This document shows positions 1 through 11,656 of a DNA stretch of 58,517 bases, one piece after another; position 1 is the first letter of the stretch; every line of letters begins with the position of its first letter. The stretch spans positions 1-58,517 of the forward strand of contig NW_021833001.1 in NCBI RefSeq assembly GCF_006345805.1, given 5' to 3'. The translations under genes were made by a program, and so were the position numbers. The DNA comes from Octopus sinensis. Lineage: Eukaryota. Under the pieces are notes generated by a model. That model had not been told where the DNA came from, ran no database searches, and worked only from the letters and a program-made list of their open reading frames with translations.

Positions 1-2105
1 TGAGACGGCGTACAAAAATTTCAAATCGCCTAAACAAACAAATTGAAAGCAGTAAAAGGTCCCACGCCTGAAAATAAAACTGTTGGAAATTGAAATTGTC
101 TGCAACTCTCCCATGAAAAGGAAGAGCAGACAAAGAAACCTGGGCTATAGACAACATAAAAACTAACCCCAGAGCTTTCTACTCGGGTATGCCAAAGAAA
201 CAGCTACGTTGCACTGTAGGATAGGGCCACTCCTTGAAAAGGATGGCACACTCACAGGAAACCAATGAGGGTAATGAAATACTGAATGAACAATTCAAGT
301 GTTTTCACTCCACTCCTTAGGCTTTCAAATCAGCAATCCAACTGACTTTCTTTACCACTGCATATATAAAATCAGAGGCGGCGACGATAAATTACATCGA
401 TATAAAGGAAGACGATGTAATAAAGCTATAGATGAAATGAAACAGACTCAGCTATTGGCCCCGATGGATTCCCGGCAATCCTCCTAAAAGCATGTAAAAG
501 AGCCTAGCAAGACCACTGCAGTTTCCTCTTTCAGAGCTTCCTTGCAGCTGGCAAACTTCCAAGAAAACTGAAGGAAGGTAAAATATGCCCTATTCATAAA
601 GGAGGTAGCAGAGCGGAGGCCAGAACTACAGACCTATCTCTCTCACCTCACACATCAGCAAGGTCATGGAACGAATAGTTAGAAGGAAACTAATCACCTC
701 CTTGAAGAAATGACTTGCTGCCTGACACCCCACATGGTTTCCGACCAGTAAGAAGCTGCTTACTCAGCTCCTACAACACTATGACTGGGTGCTGAAAACA
801 ACTGCTCAACAACCTCAAATGTGGAAGTCATATATCTCGACTTTGCAAAGCCTTCGATAAAGTCGATCATGGAATGATATGTCACAAACTGCGTGATCTT
901 GGCATAGTGTGGAAAACTGGGAGAATGGCTTCATGACTTTCTGAAGAATAGAAGTCAGGTGGTGCAGCCCAATGGGGCCACTTCCATTAACACGCAAATA
1001 GTGAGCGGTGTTCCGCAGGGCACTGTTTTGGGACCACTACTGTTCATAATGGCCCTCTCAGACATGCCCTCAGCCACGCAGAGAGCCACGATCACAAGTT
1101 ATGCAGATGATACACAAAGTTTCACAGCAATACAGAACCCTGAGACACTAAGCACCTGCAATGTGAGGCTGGACGAAATATACAAGTGGGCTGAAAAGAA
1201 TAGCATGCAGTTCAATGCTGAAAAGTTTCAAGCTTTACACTATCACAATGCAAAACTGAATGCAATAAACCCAATGAATACACTGGACCCGGAGGGATTG
1301 CAATCCCGGGCACAATCAGTGCGTGACTTGGGTATTCACATGAGTGATGACGCGACCTTTCATGTACATGTTGCTAACTGACAATGAAATGTAGACGGCT
1401 GGCTGGATGGATTCTTAGAACCTTTAGAACAAGAGAACAAGAAAACCATGATGGTCCTCTGGAAGACACTTGTTCTAAGCCACTTTGACTATTGCTCTCA
1501 CTATGATCACCATCCAGTGTCAAGTAGATCACAGAACTTGAGGCGATCCAACGAAGCTACACGAAGAAATAGCCTCTGTGCAGCATATGAGCTACTGGGA
1601 AGACGCAAGAGATTAAAGCTCTATTCCCTGGAGCGTAGGAGAAAGATATGCCATAATATTATCTGGAAGATCCTGGAAGGTCCTTGTCCCAGACTTTGGC
1701 ATCGAGAGCCACACAAATGCCAGAACCGGGCGCCACTGCGTAGTACCAAGGACTCCAAATTTGCCATCAAGATGTAGGACCAAGATATTGTGATAGCCTG
1801 GGCTTCAGAGGCCCACGGCTCTTCAATATCCTCCCGAAGAACCTGAGGGACCTGCATGGTGTAGATGCGGATGTCTTTAAAGTAGGACTGGATCTCTTCC
1901 TGTCAGGTGTCCCGGATGAACCAACTTCACGGCAGGAGGTGCAGATGAGGGCAGCTGCATCGAACTCTCTCATGCATCAGATGGCGTTTGCTAAAAAGCA
2001 TCCGTGAGGTAAAATCGTGTAGCAAACCAAATGGCGGTGCCCCAGCATGGCCACAGCTCATTAGCTGAAACTGGAAAAATCAATCAAAATCAAAATCAAA
2101 AAACA
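1..2105 (+). mobile_element. Decayed CR1/L2-group LINE: RT domain, C-terminus, 3' UTR and (CAAAAT)n tail
   Basis: ORF 959-1381 has the RT motifs GVPQGTVLGPLLF and YADD. Frameshifted continuations read LWKTLVLSHFDYCS and LKLYSLERRR. A short-repeat tail 'caatcaaaatcaaaatcaaa' lies at about 2081-2100. Confidence 0.9.
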
Positions 2106-2139
2106 TATACGCATATAAGCGTGCTTATATATATGCTTA

Positions 2140-2187
<48 letters not shown>

Positions 2188-2189
<2 letters not shown>

Positions 2190-2560
2190 CTACCGTCAGA
2201 AATTAATTAGCACCCTTGATTGCCTTCACTCAAGGTATGTGCTGTCACCTAGTGGCCATATCTCGAACTATTGCTTTGTTGCGAGTTCACTGTTGCGCAG
2301 AACGATGACGTAACTTTGTTCAGAGCAGTCTGAGAGTCTACAGCCTTATGATGTTGACATAGCAGTGCAACAACAACTTGAGTGCGGATGTAGACAAACT
2401 TCCTTTGTTTAATGATATAGGTAGCGCCTCGCAAGGACCGAAATCATACCATACTAAGTTTTCTCATCGCGTAAGACGTTTTGAACAGCTCATAGGTTAA
2501 TTGATTTAACCTATTTAATGTAGAAATTTGAGAAGTGCTAATTAATTTCTGACGCAAGTG
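2188..2560. mobile_element. Tc1/mariner-type MITE
   Basis: TIRs cactaccgtcagaaattaattagcac / gtgctaattaatttctgacgcaagtg, flanked by TA on both sides, no coding capacity. Confidence 0.8.
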
Positions 2561-2563
2561 TAT

Positions 2564-2602
<39 letters not shown>

Positions 2603-2633
2603 TGCGTCTGTATTTGTGTATGTGTGCTGTCTA

Positions 2634-2685
<52 letters not shown>

Positions 2686-2689
2686 TATG

Positions 2690-2745
<56 letters not shown>

Positions 2746-2753
2746 ATATATAT

Positions 2754-2925
2754 GGACAGCCATGAAACGATCGTAGTGTTTTTACTCATTATCTTTTATT
2801 AAACTTTAATACTTTTGATATATATTTAAAATAATATAAATTAATTAATTTTATGTATTGGCTTAAGTTTTTCATTGTTTGATTTGCCTAATAGTGGTTT
2901 TATCTCTAATTTAATATAATATGTA
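2754..2925 (+). mobile_element. AT-rich mini-element carrying the 3' half of a hammerhead motif (same family as 33800-34030)
   Basis: Near-identical reverse-complement copy at about 33800-33960. Contains CAT-GAAAC-GATCGT-A-GTG and is flanked by (TA)n. Confidence 0.6.
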
Positions 2926-3165
2926 TATATATATTATATGTGTGCCATTAAGTTAGACATAGCCTGGGCCAATACTGGCCAAAACCTTTCTAAGTTATTC
3001 TAAATGATATATATATATATAGGTAATATAGATAGCACACACTACACACACAAATACACATATATATAACGTATACACATATATAAAGTAAATATTTATA
3101 TAAATATATATATATATTAAATGAATTTGTGTATGTACATGTATACATATACGCATATAAGCGTG

Positions 3166-3199
<34 letters not shown>

Positions 3200-3922
3200 A
3201 AAATATGCTTATGTGCGTGTATATATATATATATACATTTTATATTATGTATATACATTTATATGTGTGTGTGTGCGTGTGTGTGTGTGTGTGTATACGA
3301 ACAGTCATATATAAACATATAAACACATATGAATGTGTATGTGTGCTTGTGTGTATATGTGTATGAGTGCGTGTAAACTGAAGTAGGGCCCACGAAAATG
3401 TATTTCATTTGATATTTTTATTCTGATTGAAAATCTTTTTTGCAGACATTTCCCAACAGGAATAACGGATAATAATCAAAAAGGAAAAATTGTTTTGAAA
3501 AATAAAACTGAATATTACTTTAAAGAAGTGTTACGAAAGAGGAGTATTCAGACACACGCACAGCACGTAGGCACGGTTCACAGAAAGACGTGCATACGAG
3601 CGGCTCACACTCTCACACACACGGAAACACAGAAATCATGCTTGCATATTTATATACATACATACATACATACATACATACATAACATACATACATAGAC
3701 ATACATACATACATACATACATACATACATACATACATACATACATACATAAATACATACATACATACATAATGGTTATATTTCCATACCGAAATCTACC
3801 CGGAAATAATTGTGTTTTTTTTTTTAATTATAATTATTTCCCTTTATATTATATTATATTATATTATATTATATTATATTATCTTATATTATATTTTATT
3901 ATATTTTATTATATTATATTTT

Positions 3923-3967
<45 letters not shown>

Positions 3968-4082
3968 CTATATATATATATATATATATAAAATATTATT
4001 TGAGCACAAAACCACTTTTGCAAAACAACACACAGGAAAGATTAATCAATACATTAAATTTAATAAATAGTCAAAAAAACCG

Positions 4083-4124
4083 CCACTACAATCGTTTCTT
4101 GTCTTGATCGACATCTTCAGGTGG
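4083..4124 (-). ncRNA. Type I hammerhead-like motif (left palindrome arm)
   Basis: Minus strand reads CCAC CTGAAGA TGTC-gatcaa-GACA A GAAAC GATTGT A GTGG: helix I CCAC/GTGG, intact CUGANGA and GAAA, GUA triplet. Confidence 0.55.
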
Positions 4125-4176
4125 ACTTCCAATAATTCAGTTACAAATATTAATTTGTAACTGAATTATTGGAAGT

Positions 4177-4219
4177 CCACTGAAGATTGTCGATCAAGAC
4201 AAGAAAACGATTGTAGTGG
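4177..4219 (+). ncRNA. Type I hammerhead-like motif (right palindrome arm)
   Basis: CCA CTGAAGA TTGTC-gatcaa-GACAA GAAAAC GATTGT A GTGG, with 1-nt indels relative to the left-arm copy. Confidence 0.45.
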
Positions 4220-4391
4220 CGGTTTTTTTTTGACATATTATTAAATTTTATGTATTGATTAAGTCTTTCCTTGTTTGTTTTGCAAAATAGTGGTTTTTGT
4301 CTCAAATAATATTTTATAATATTTCTATAAAATTGGATTTAATCCTAAATCTGATTTTTTCCCTGTAAATTGGATATATTCCCTAATATTT

Positions 4392-4428
<37 letters not shown>

Positions 4429-4582
4429 AAATAAGAAAATGGAGGAATATATCTTAATCAATCATCAACGACCAGATAATACCAATTCACATAATTTATT
4501 AACCAACTACATAGGAACATCCAGATCAAACACAATAATACAGAACAAAACAGTACACATCAATGAGTAATATAATACCATA

Positions 4583-4638
<56 letters not shown>

Positions 4639-5084
4639 TAATATGCGAACCTCGGAGTTTTATCACGGCTACCGAATAAATGTCACATATATGTGAAGAT
4701 GTATACAAATGCATATATTAGACTTTGATATTTATACATATTAATACCTACATATACAACTCGTACTCGTATGTATATGTACATATGTACATCCATATAT
4801 ACGTGTATCTGTATGTATTCTCGGCCCTGTACACGCAGGTATATATACCTTGCTTACATACATACATTCACACATTCACACATAAACACACACATACATA
4901 TACACATACATATGCATACACTCCTATACACACGAATATAATTAGATGGCTGTGATATTGACGTACGAGAGAGATTATGAGTTAAAATGTAGATTTATAA
5001 GGTTATTGGGATTACCTAAGGGGTACTGTGGAAATATACTGTGTGGTCGTTTAGGCATTTGGATTTGTAGTAGAATTTCAATGT

Positions 5085-5222
5085 ATGAAAAAGGAAAGAA
5101 AGAAGTAGGATTTAACGTTTCGAGCGGAGCTTTTCGTCAGAAACATAGGAAAAGGAAAGATCCAAGGAAGGGAAGACAGAGGAAAAAAATCGCCAACGAT
5201 ACACACGCGGTCACATTTTGAA

Positions 5223-5225
<3 letters not shown>
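5085..5225 (-). mobile_element. Mini-element carrying a hammerhead motif (same family as 21690-21890 and 38540-38755)
   Basis: The reverse complement aligns with 38540-38670 (tcattcaaaatgtgaccg...gctccgctcgaaacgttaaa). Abuts (TA)n. Confidence 0.75.
5111..5144 (-). ncRNA. Minimal type I hammerhead motif
   Basis: GTTT CTGACGA A AAGC-tcc-GCTC GAAAC GT T AAA: canonical core, zero-loop helix III (ACGT), one helix II mismatch. Confidence 0.65.
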
Positions 5226-5267
<42 letters not shown>

Positions 5268-5289
5268 CATACATTCGCACACACACATT

Positions 5290-5860
5290 ATATATACATA
5301 TATATATGTAAACATTTAAACATGTATGCCTAACTGTGAATCCTAAATAGTTGGGATTGGTTTTTTTCAACTAGACCGAAAGATACTAAAGTTGTATATC
5401 TGGATTATCAGCTGCCAATGGCTCTGAAATGCATTAACCGACCGTACTTCTTCCTGTTGGTGGATAGTCCGGGTTGGTGGAATATGAGTAGTCTCTTATG
5501 GAGACACAAATACCAATTGCTTTTTTAACAAATGAGTAAGGGGAATGATACTTAATTTGCATTAAGTATCGGCAGATGAAACTAGACAGGAAGGAGGAAC
5601 TGAAGGTGTGTATGAGCTGTGTATAGCTTATGTTGGAGTCATCGGTTGTCATGACCGTGTAGCTTTTTTTTATTGCTATCAGATGGTGTGAGGGAAGCTC
5701 TATAGACCACAACCATTAAGCAGACTTGTGATCAAGGGAGTTTCATTCAAGACCGTCCACTTTTGATTGCATGGTCTAATGGGTTATTCTATTATGAGGA
5801 CAACTTGGTATGATTAGTGAAAAAAGTGATATTACTGGTAGGAAGAGTAACCGATTAAAG
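5290..5860 (-). mobile_element. Decayed Penelope-like element, GIY-YIG endonuclease region
   Basis: Minus-strand frames piece together CL..VVYRA...KKSYT.MT....Y....F.....LS.FI....PYS...., resembling the C-terminal GIY-YIG domain of invertebrate PLEs. Many stops and frameshifts. Confidence 0.6.
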
Positions 5861-6129
5861 ATAGATAGATCTAACTATCTATCTATCTATCTATCTATCT
5901 ACTATCTATCTATCTATCTATCTATCTATCTGTATATTTTCCCTTTTTTGTTTTTTCTTTTCCTTTTTTTGTTCTTTTTTCCCTTTTACGATCCCTTTTG
6001 ATCGAAAACCTACGCCACCCTTTTTTTTTTCATCCCCAAAAGAAAGCTCTACCTGTAACTTGTCCCATCTGTGTGCAGCCCTGTGTGGCCAATAAAGAAA
6101 CTTATCTATCTATATATGTGTGTGTATAT

Positions 6130-6175
<46 letters not shown>

Positions 6176-6182
6176 TATATAT

Positions 6183-6217
<35 letters not shown>

Positions 6218-6706
6218 TGTGAGAGAGAGATCGGAGAGAGGGAGAGAGAGAGAGATCTGGTGCTGTGGTCACGATAATGTGACAAAGAGAGATAATGTGA
6301 CAAATGAGAGGAGAAGAATCGAAGATGCCTGACGGGAGGAACCGCGAGACTAGGCGACTCGGAGGAAAAGGAAGCGCTGTAATTAATGCAGGGAGTGGAG
6401 AAAGCACAACTGTGAGTCAGATTTTTAAGTGTTTGAATAGCCTTTTTTTTTGTGTTATTGATGTTATTTTGAATGCGGTCGAGAACGTTTGTGTGACTAG
6501 CAGCACGCAGTACCAGACGTAAGGGAGCTGTAATCTTTTGCGAGTCCCATCTGAATTTTGTAATGGGTTAGTAATTTTAAGTGTTCTAAAGTATTTCCTT
6601 GCTTTGAAGATCAAGGGTAAATTCCGAGAAGCATTGTTTCCTTTGTTCGGGATATATGAAGCTAAGCATTTCTTACTTCTTGCAGTTCTTGTTTAGGAAG
6701 ATATTC

Positions 6707-6927
6707 TCTCTCTCTTTTACTTGTTTCAGTCATTTGACTGCGGCCATGCTGGAGCACCGCCTTTAGTCGAGCAAATCGACCCCGGGACTTATTCTTTGTA
6801 AGCCCAGTACTTATTCTATCGGTCTCTTTTGCCGAACCACTAAGTGACGGGGACATAAACACACCAGCATCGGTTGTCAAGCAATGCTAGGGGGACAAAC
6901 ACAGACACACAAACATACATGCACACA

Positions 6928-6965
<38 letters not shown>

Positions 6966-7131
6966 TACGACGGGCTTCTTTCAGTTTCCGTCTACCAAAT
7001 CCACTCACAAGGCTTTGGTCGGCCCGAGGCTATAGTAGAAGACACTTGCCCAAGGTGTCACGTAGTGGGACTGAACCCGGAACTATGTGGTTCGTAAGCA
7101 AGCTATTTACCACACAACCACTCCTACGCCT
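6707..7131 (-). mobile_element. tRNA-derived CORE-type SINE with internal microsatellite (family A)
   Basis: tRNA-like head with B-box-like GGTTCAGTCCC, CORE-like CCTTGGGCAAGT, internal (TA)n/(TG)n, and tail ...ggcggtgctccagcatggccgcagtcaaatgactgaaac. Multiple copies in the window. Confidence 0.9.
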
Positions 7132-7707
7132 ATATGCTAACGATTCTTACCAGCTCGCCGCTCTAACTATTATTAATGTCAAGGGGACGAGCCGGCGGAT
7201 CGTTTGCATGCCGGATAAAATTACTAAGCAGCATTTCTTCCGACTCTATATTCTGAGGTGAAATTACTAAGCGCTGGGACCAATGTAACCGACTGTCCCA
7301 TTCCTTTCAAAATTGCTGGTTTTGTGCCAAAACTAGAAAGAATTATTGCTGTTGTTGTTGCTGCTGTTGATAATAATTAATTCTTTGCATTTGCAGACGA
7401 TAAAGAAGCCATGTACATGGCAACTGTCTGGCTATTTGGGGTGGATCCTTTATGGAACAAGTTCAAGTACACACGCACACACACACACACACATAATATG
7501 TATGCACGCACTTTAGCAATTGTAGCAATATAAATGTGTTTTTTATGTGTTTGTGTCTGTACTTTATTGAGAACCAAACTATTCTTCTTTGTCATTCAAG
7601 ATAGCCTGAAAGGGCTGGGATCATAACCTCCCACTTCCCACATTAATTCTCTCTCTAATTATATGTAGTTGTGTGTATATAAATATCTATGTATATGCCT
7701 TATATAT

Positions 7708-7870
7708 AGGCGTAGGTGTGGCTGTGTGGTAAGTAGCTTGCTTACCAACCACATGGTTCCGGGTTCAGTCCCACTGCGTGGCACCTTGGGTAAGTGTCTT
7801 CTACTATAGCCTAGGGCCGACCAAGGCCTTGTGAGTGGATTTGGTAGACGGAAACTGAAAGAAGCCCGTC
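7708..7870 (+). mobile_element. SINE family A, 5' half
   Basis: Matches the head of 6707-7131 and ends at the internal (TA)n. Confidence 0.9.
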
Positions 7871-7873
7871 GTA

Positions 7874-7921
<48 letters not shown>

Positions 7922-7940
7922 ATGTTTGTGTGTCTGTGAT

Positions 7941-7976
<36 letters not shown>

Positions 7977-8929
7977 TAAATACAGACACACACACACATA
8001 TATATAACGTGTATCTGAAAAAGGACTTGGTGTGTAAGTTTGCGTGTGTTTGTGTACAGGTATGTTTGTGCTTAAGTGTGTGTGTAAGAATGTTCAACTT
8101 TGTGTCCAGAACATAAAAAAGTGATAAATACTCTTTGTTTGAATACTTTACATCTGAACTATTCAATGTCGATTATTTGTGAAACAACAACAACAACAAA
8201 AAGACTGAAAAAAAAATATAACAACCTTCAACGTTATTACATTTCGCGATTCATTTTCTATCTGGTAACGACCTGTCGACAGGCAAAATGGAAGCCATAA
8301 AGAGTATCTCACTGGGCAAAACTGTTGTACGAATGATAACGGTAATGGTTTTGAAATACAAAACGCCTTTTAACTTTCATGACAACCTGAATAGAATTTA
8401 TAATCGTATGTCATTCCTTTTTAAGGTTTGATCTACAATTTAATAGCTGGAAGGCGGATATCTCACCATATGTTGTTTCTTAGCAAGCTATCACAAAGGG
8501 ATATTTGGTATAAAATATCTCTATATATTTGTCATTGTACAAAGTTATTAACGAAAATGGCTATCTTATGGTGAACAGCTTTAGTTGTTTAACACCCATG
8601 ACACCGTCGTCCCTTCAACGTAACAACGTCAGTATACTTTAAATCAGTCCAGCAACAAACATGATGATACAGGAAGCAAACCGTTTTTCAAGTTGAGATT
8701 TGGTTACAATAACGAGAATGTTATCAATTAACAGCATGTTATAAAATATCATCAACGGCTTGTGGATTATTTATGATTTATGGCGGACCCTAAGGATTGT
8801 TAGTGAACTTTTATATTACAATATTTCTATGCCTCGCTTTTTTCTTCTAGTTCTGAAAAGTTAGAGAAACACTCCAAGACAATAAGGATGCCTGCCAGTA
8901 CGTGGTTGCTTCGAATTCTTGGAAATCTT

Positions 8930-9211
8930 TTCTCTTTAACTTGTTTCAATCATTAGATTGATGCCAAGCTGGGAAACCGCCCTGAATGGTTTAGTGGAAT
9001 AAGACGTCTCAGGTATATATTTTCAAGTCTGGTAGTTATTCTATCGGTCTTATTTACTGACGAAACGCTAAGTCACGGAGACGTAAACACACCAATACCG
9101 GTTGTCAAGCGGTGGTAAAGGACAAACACGTGCTCTTTATATACAAACACAGACATACAAACGCACAAACACGCGAAAACAGCGCACGCATATACAACAG
9201 GTTTCCACTCA
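8930..9211 (-). mobile_element. Diverged SINE family A copy
   Basis: Recognisable tail (ttgtttcaatcattagattg...gctgggaaaccgcc) and body (acgtaaacacaccaataccggttgtcaagc). Confidence 0.7.
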
Positions 9212-9329
9212 GTGGTAAGTTATGATCAACACATTTAGTTGGAATTCTCTGTAAGTAGATAATAACTGTCTCAGCTCCAAGTCTCGTAGACGCAGAATGA
9301 ACCAATATCCTTAGATTGCGGAGTCGAAG

Positions 9330-10880
9330 TTAAGAGACTTTAAAAGAAATTTATAAATGAATTCTTGATGGAAATATCTAGGCTTCTCTTTGTCAGTTTA
9401 ATGGATACTTTGGTTAGGCCGCAGAAACGATTCATTCGATTATACGCTCCACGTGATAGAGCAGAAAGTATATTGGAGTCAAACAGTCGGCGGTCTGTTG
9501 GATTTGAGAGTCAGCTAATGATAGTCACTGGTCTACTATTTGGCTATTTAACCGGTTTGGTGATGTTAGATTACTCAACAGTTTGCGCGTCTTGTATTGC
9601 TGCATAATGTAACAGGGATTATATACCCCACAATTGTGCACAGGCCGGTTATGGTCAAGATGATCTTTCCGAGTTATCAGTAGCCAACAGATTGAAATTT
9701 ATTAACAGGGTATGTCTTTAATAACAGTTATTGGATAGATCGGCAATAGGAAAGATCTTTTTAATGGGGATTGCAGGATATTTCCGTATTTGTAATTTCT
9801 CACAGAGATTGATTTATCATTTACGAACTTCAGGTGAGTAAGGAGAGACACTGTCAATGATATCCCTTTTGACATTGTCAAGTTGGATCCTTGGTTACGA
9901 AATCTTTAGATGAGGCAGCACAGAGAGGTAGTTTTATCAGTCCTCAACCTAAAGGAGTTCATGTGATGCGTAAAACTTCCCTTGCAATTACTGGCTGTTA
10001 CGCTCTCGTAGAGTTTCGTGATGCAATTGGAAGGTATGAAAATAGTTCAATAGAGTTAGGCTTTGAGAGGTGGGATTTTCCCTCTGCAGTTACTAGCTGG
10101 GTGTGTGGTGGACACTGCGTAGGCGTTTACTTCTATTGTTGCGTGCATTATTGGAAACGATATCTTCTAAGCACGAATAGCTAACCATGACGTTATGGGT
10201 GTTAAGAAGTTTATGATAACTAAGTGTTCTTTGGAAATGCTATCTAATTAGCAACAAGAAACTTCTAACTACATTGATACACATATCTAGATTGCTCGGT
10301 AGATTAAACTAAATCACCTTTCTCTTTCTATCGCACTACGGGTTTGTGGGAGAGGGATGAATCTTTCAGCTAGACTAACTTATCACTAAATCCGCACCTT
10401 CGTTAAAATGAGGTGCGGTTCTATTGAAGATTTCTCTCATCTCCAATGGACTGAAGATTTTTCTGTTAATGCCTGTGTCTAAGTTTGTAATTACGGCTGA
10501 TGGGGGGGGGGGTGCAGTTTCTATGGATATTAATAGTTTCCACATTAAGTGTTCTGCACTCGTCAGCCTTGAGGTCTAGGGTGACATCAAGGAAGTCGAC
10601 CTGAGTTAAGTTGGTGGTAACCGTTATACGTTGCTGAATTCTTTGAATATGTTTATAATATTTTTCCTGAACTTATCGATGGCGTAGACGTGCACATGGA
10701 CCTTTTGTACAGGATCGAACTCTTGGGGAGGGGTACATTTTTTTTAGTGGTGGTGGTGCGGTATTCGGAAAAATAACCTGACGAGATCAGTGACCTTAGC
10801 TGTATCGTAACTCTCAAAGGATACCTCAAGCAGTATTCCTTTCCTCTTTTTTTTTTTACCTTGGGGGAATAATCGTGAAA
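9330..10880 (-). mobile_element. Decayed Penelope-like retroelement (RT thumb to GIY-YIG)
   Basis: Minus-strand fragments read SFESYDTAKVTDLVRLF, KFRKNIINIFKEF, TNLTQVDFLDVTLDL, EIFNRTAPHFNE and AYNRMNRFC, typical of invertebrate PLE RT and GIY-YIG. Heavily frameshifted. Confidence 0.75.
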
Positions 10881-11206
10881 CAAAAATAACTTCTAAGGGT
10901 TGAAATTCATTAGAGATCGAGGTCGCTAATTTTACTAAATTGTCAACTGAAGTCTAGAGTTTTGTGTGAGGATATTTCGATATCGAAGGATGGATATCTA
11001 CGATGTCAAACAGGCTGTTTTATTCTTGACACCGAGCAACCAGTAAATTTTGGCAGCACTGCAGACGTTGGTAAATAAATAATTATAAAAGCAACAACAT
11101 TGATGACAACAACGATATCAATAATAACAATATCTGTAATTAAAATTGTTGTTTATCAGAATTTCATGAACTTTGGGGTGATAATGAATTAATATCATTA
11201 TTATTA

Positions 11207-11418
11207 AAGCGGCGAGCAGGTAGAATTGTTACCGCGACGGGTAAAATGATTAGCAGCATTTCGTCCGTCCTTACGTTCTGAGTTCAAATCCCACAGTGGC
11301 CGAGTTTGTCTATCATCTTTCGGGGTCGATAAAATAAGTAGCAGGCAAGCGTTAGGGTTGATGCAATCGACTTATCTCCTCCCGCCAAATTTAAGGCCTT
11401 GTGCCAATAGTAGAAAGG

Positions 11419-11420
<2 letters not shown>
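11207..11420 (+). mobile_element. tRNA-derived SINE family B with (ATT)n tail
   Basis: Head gcgagc-gg-agaat-gtta, box ctgagttcaaat, central tcatctttcggggtcgataaaataagta (resembles the Meta-type conserved domain), tail ...agtagaaaggattatt. Confidence 0.85.
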
Positions 11421-11500
<80 letters not shown>

Positions 11501-11505
<5 letters not shown>

Positions 11506-11594
11506 TAGTTTTATTTTTATAGCGTGCTTTCACTTCACTACCGAGCGCAGCTCTGTGTGCCTTGGGTATGTGCTGTGATTTGTTGTGATGCTCT
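11501..11594 (-). mobile_element. Short 3'-end copy of an R4/Dong-like LINE in (TAA)n
   Basis: Near-identical to 11657-11750 and flanked by ATT repeats. Confidence 0.85.
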
Positions 11595-11609
11595 ATTATT
11601 ATTATTATT

Positions 11610-11654
<45 letters not shown>

Positions 11655-11656
11655 TA

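Larger units (their letters stand above)
3987..4318. repeat. Long near-perfect palindrome (arms about 160 bp, centre 4149-4152)
   Basis: Left arm tataaaatattatttgag...ttacaaat is the reverse complement of right arm atttgtaa...ctcaaataatattttata, with scattered indels. Confidence 0.95.

Noticed and set aside
3450-3600. ttttttgcag acceptor followed by an open frame
   Set aside because: No convincing donor or homology, and the frame runs into (TACA)n.
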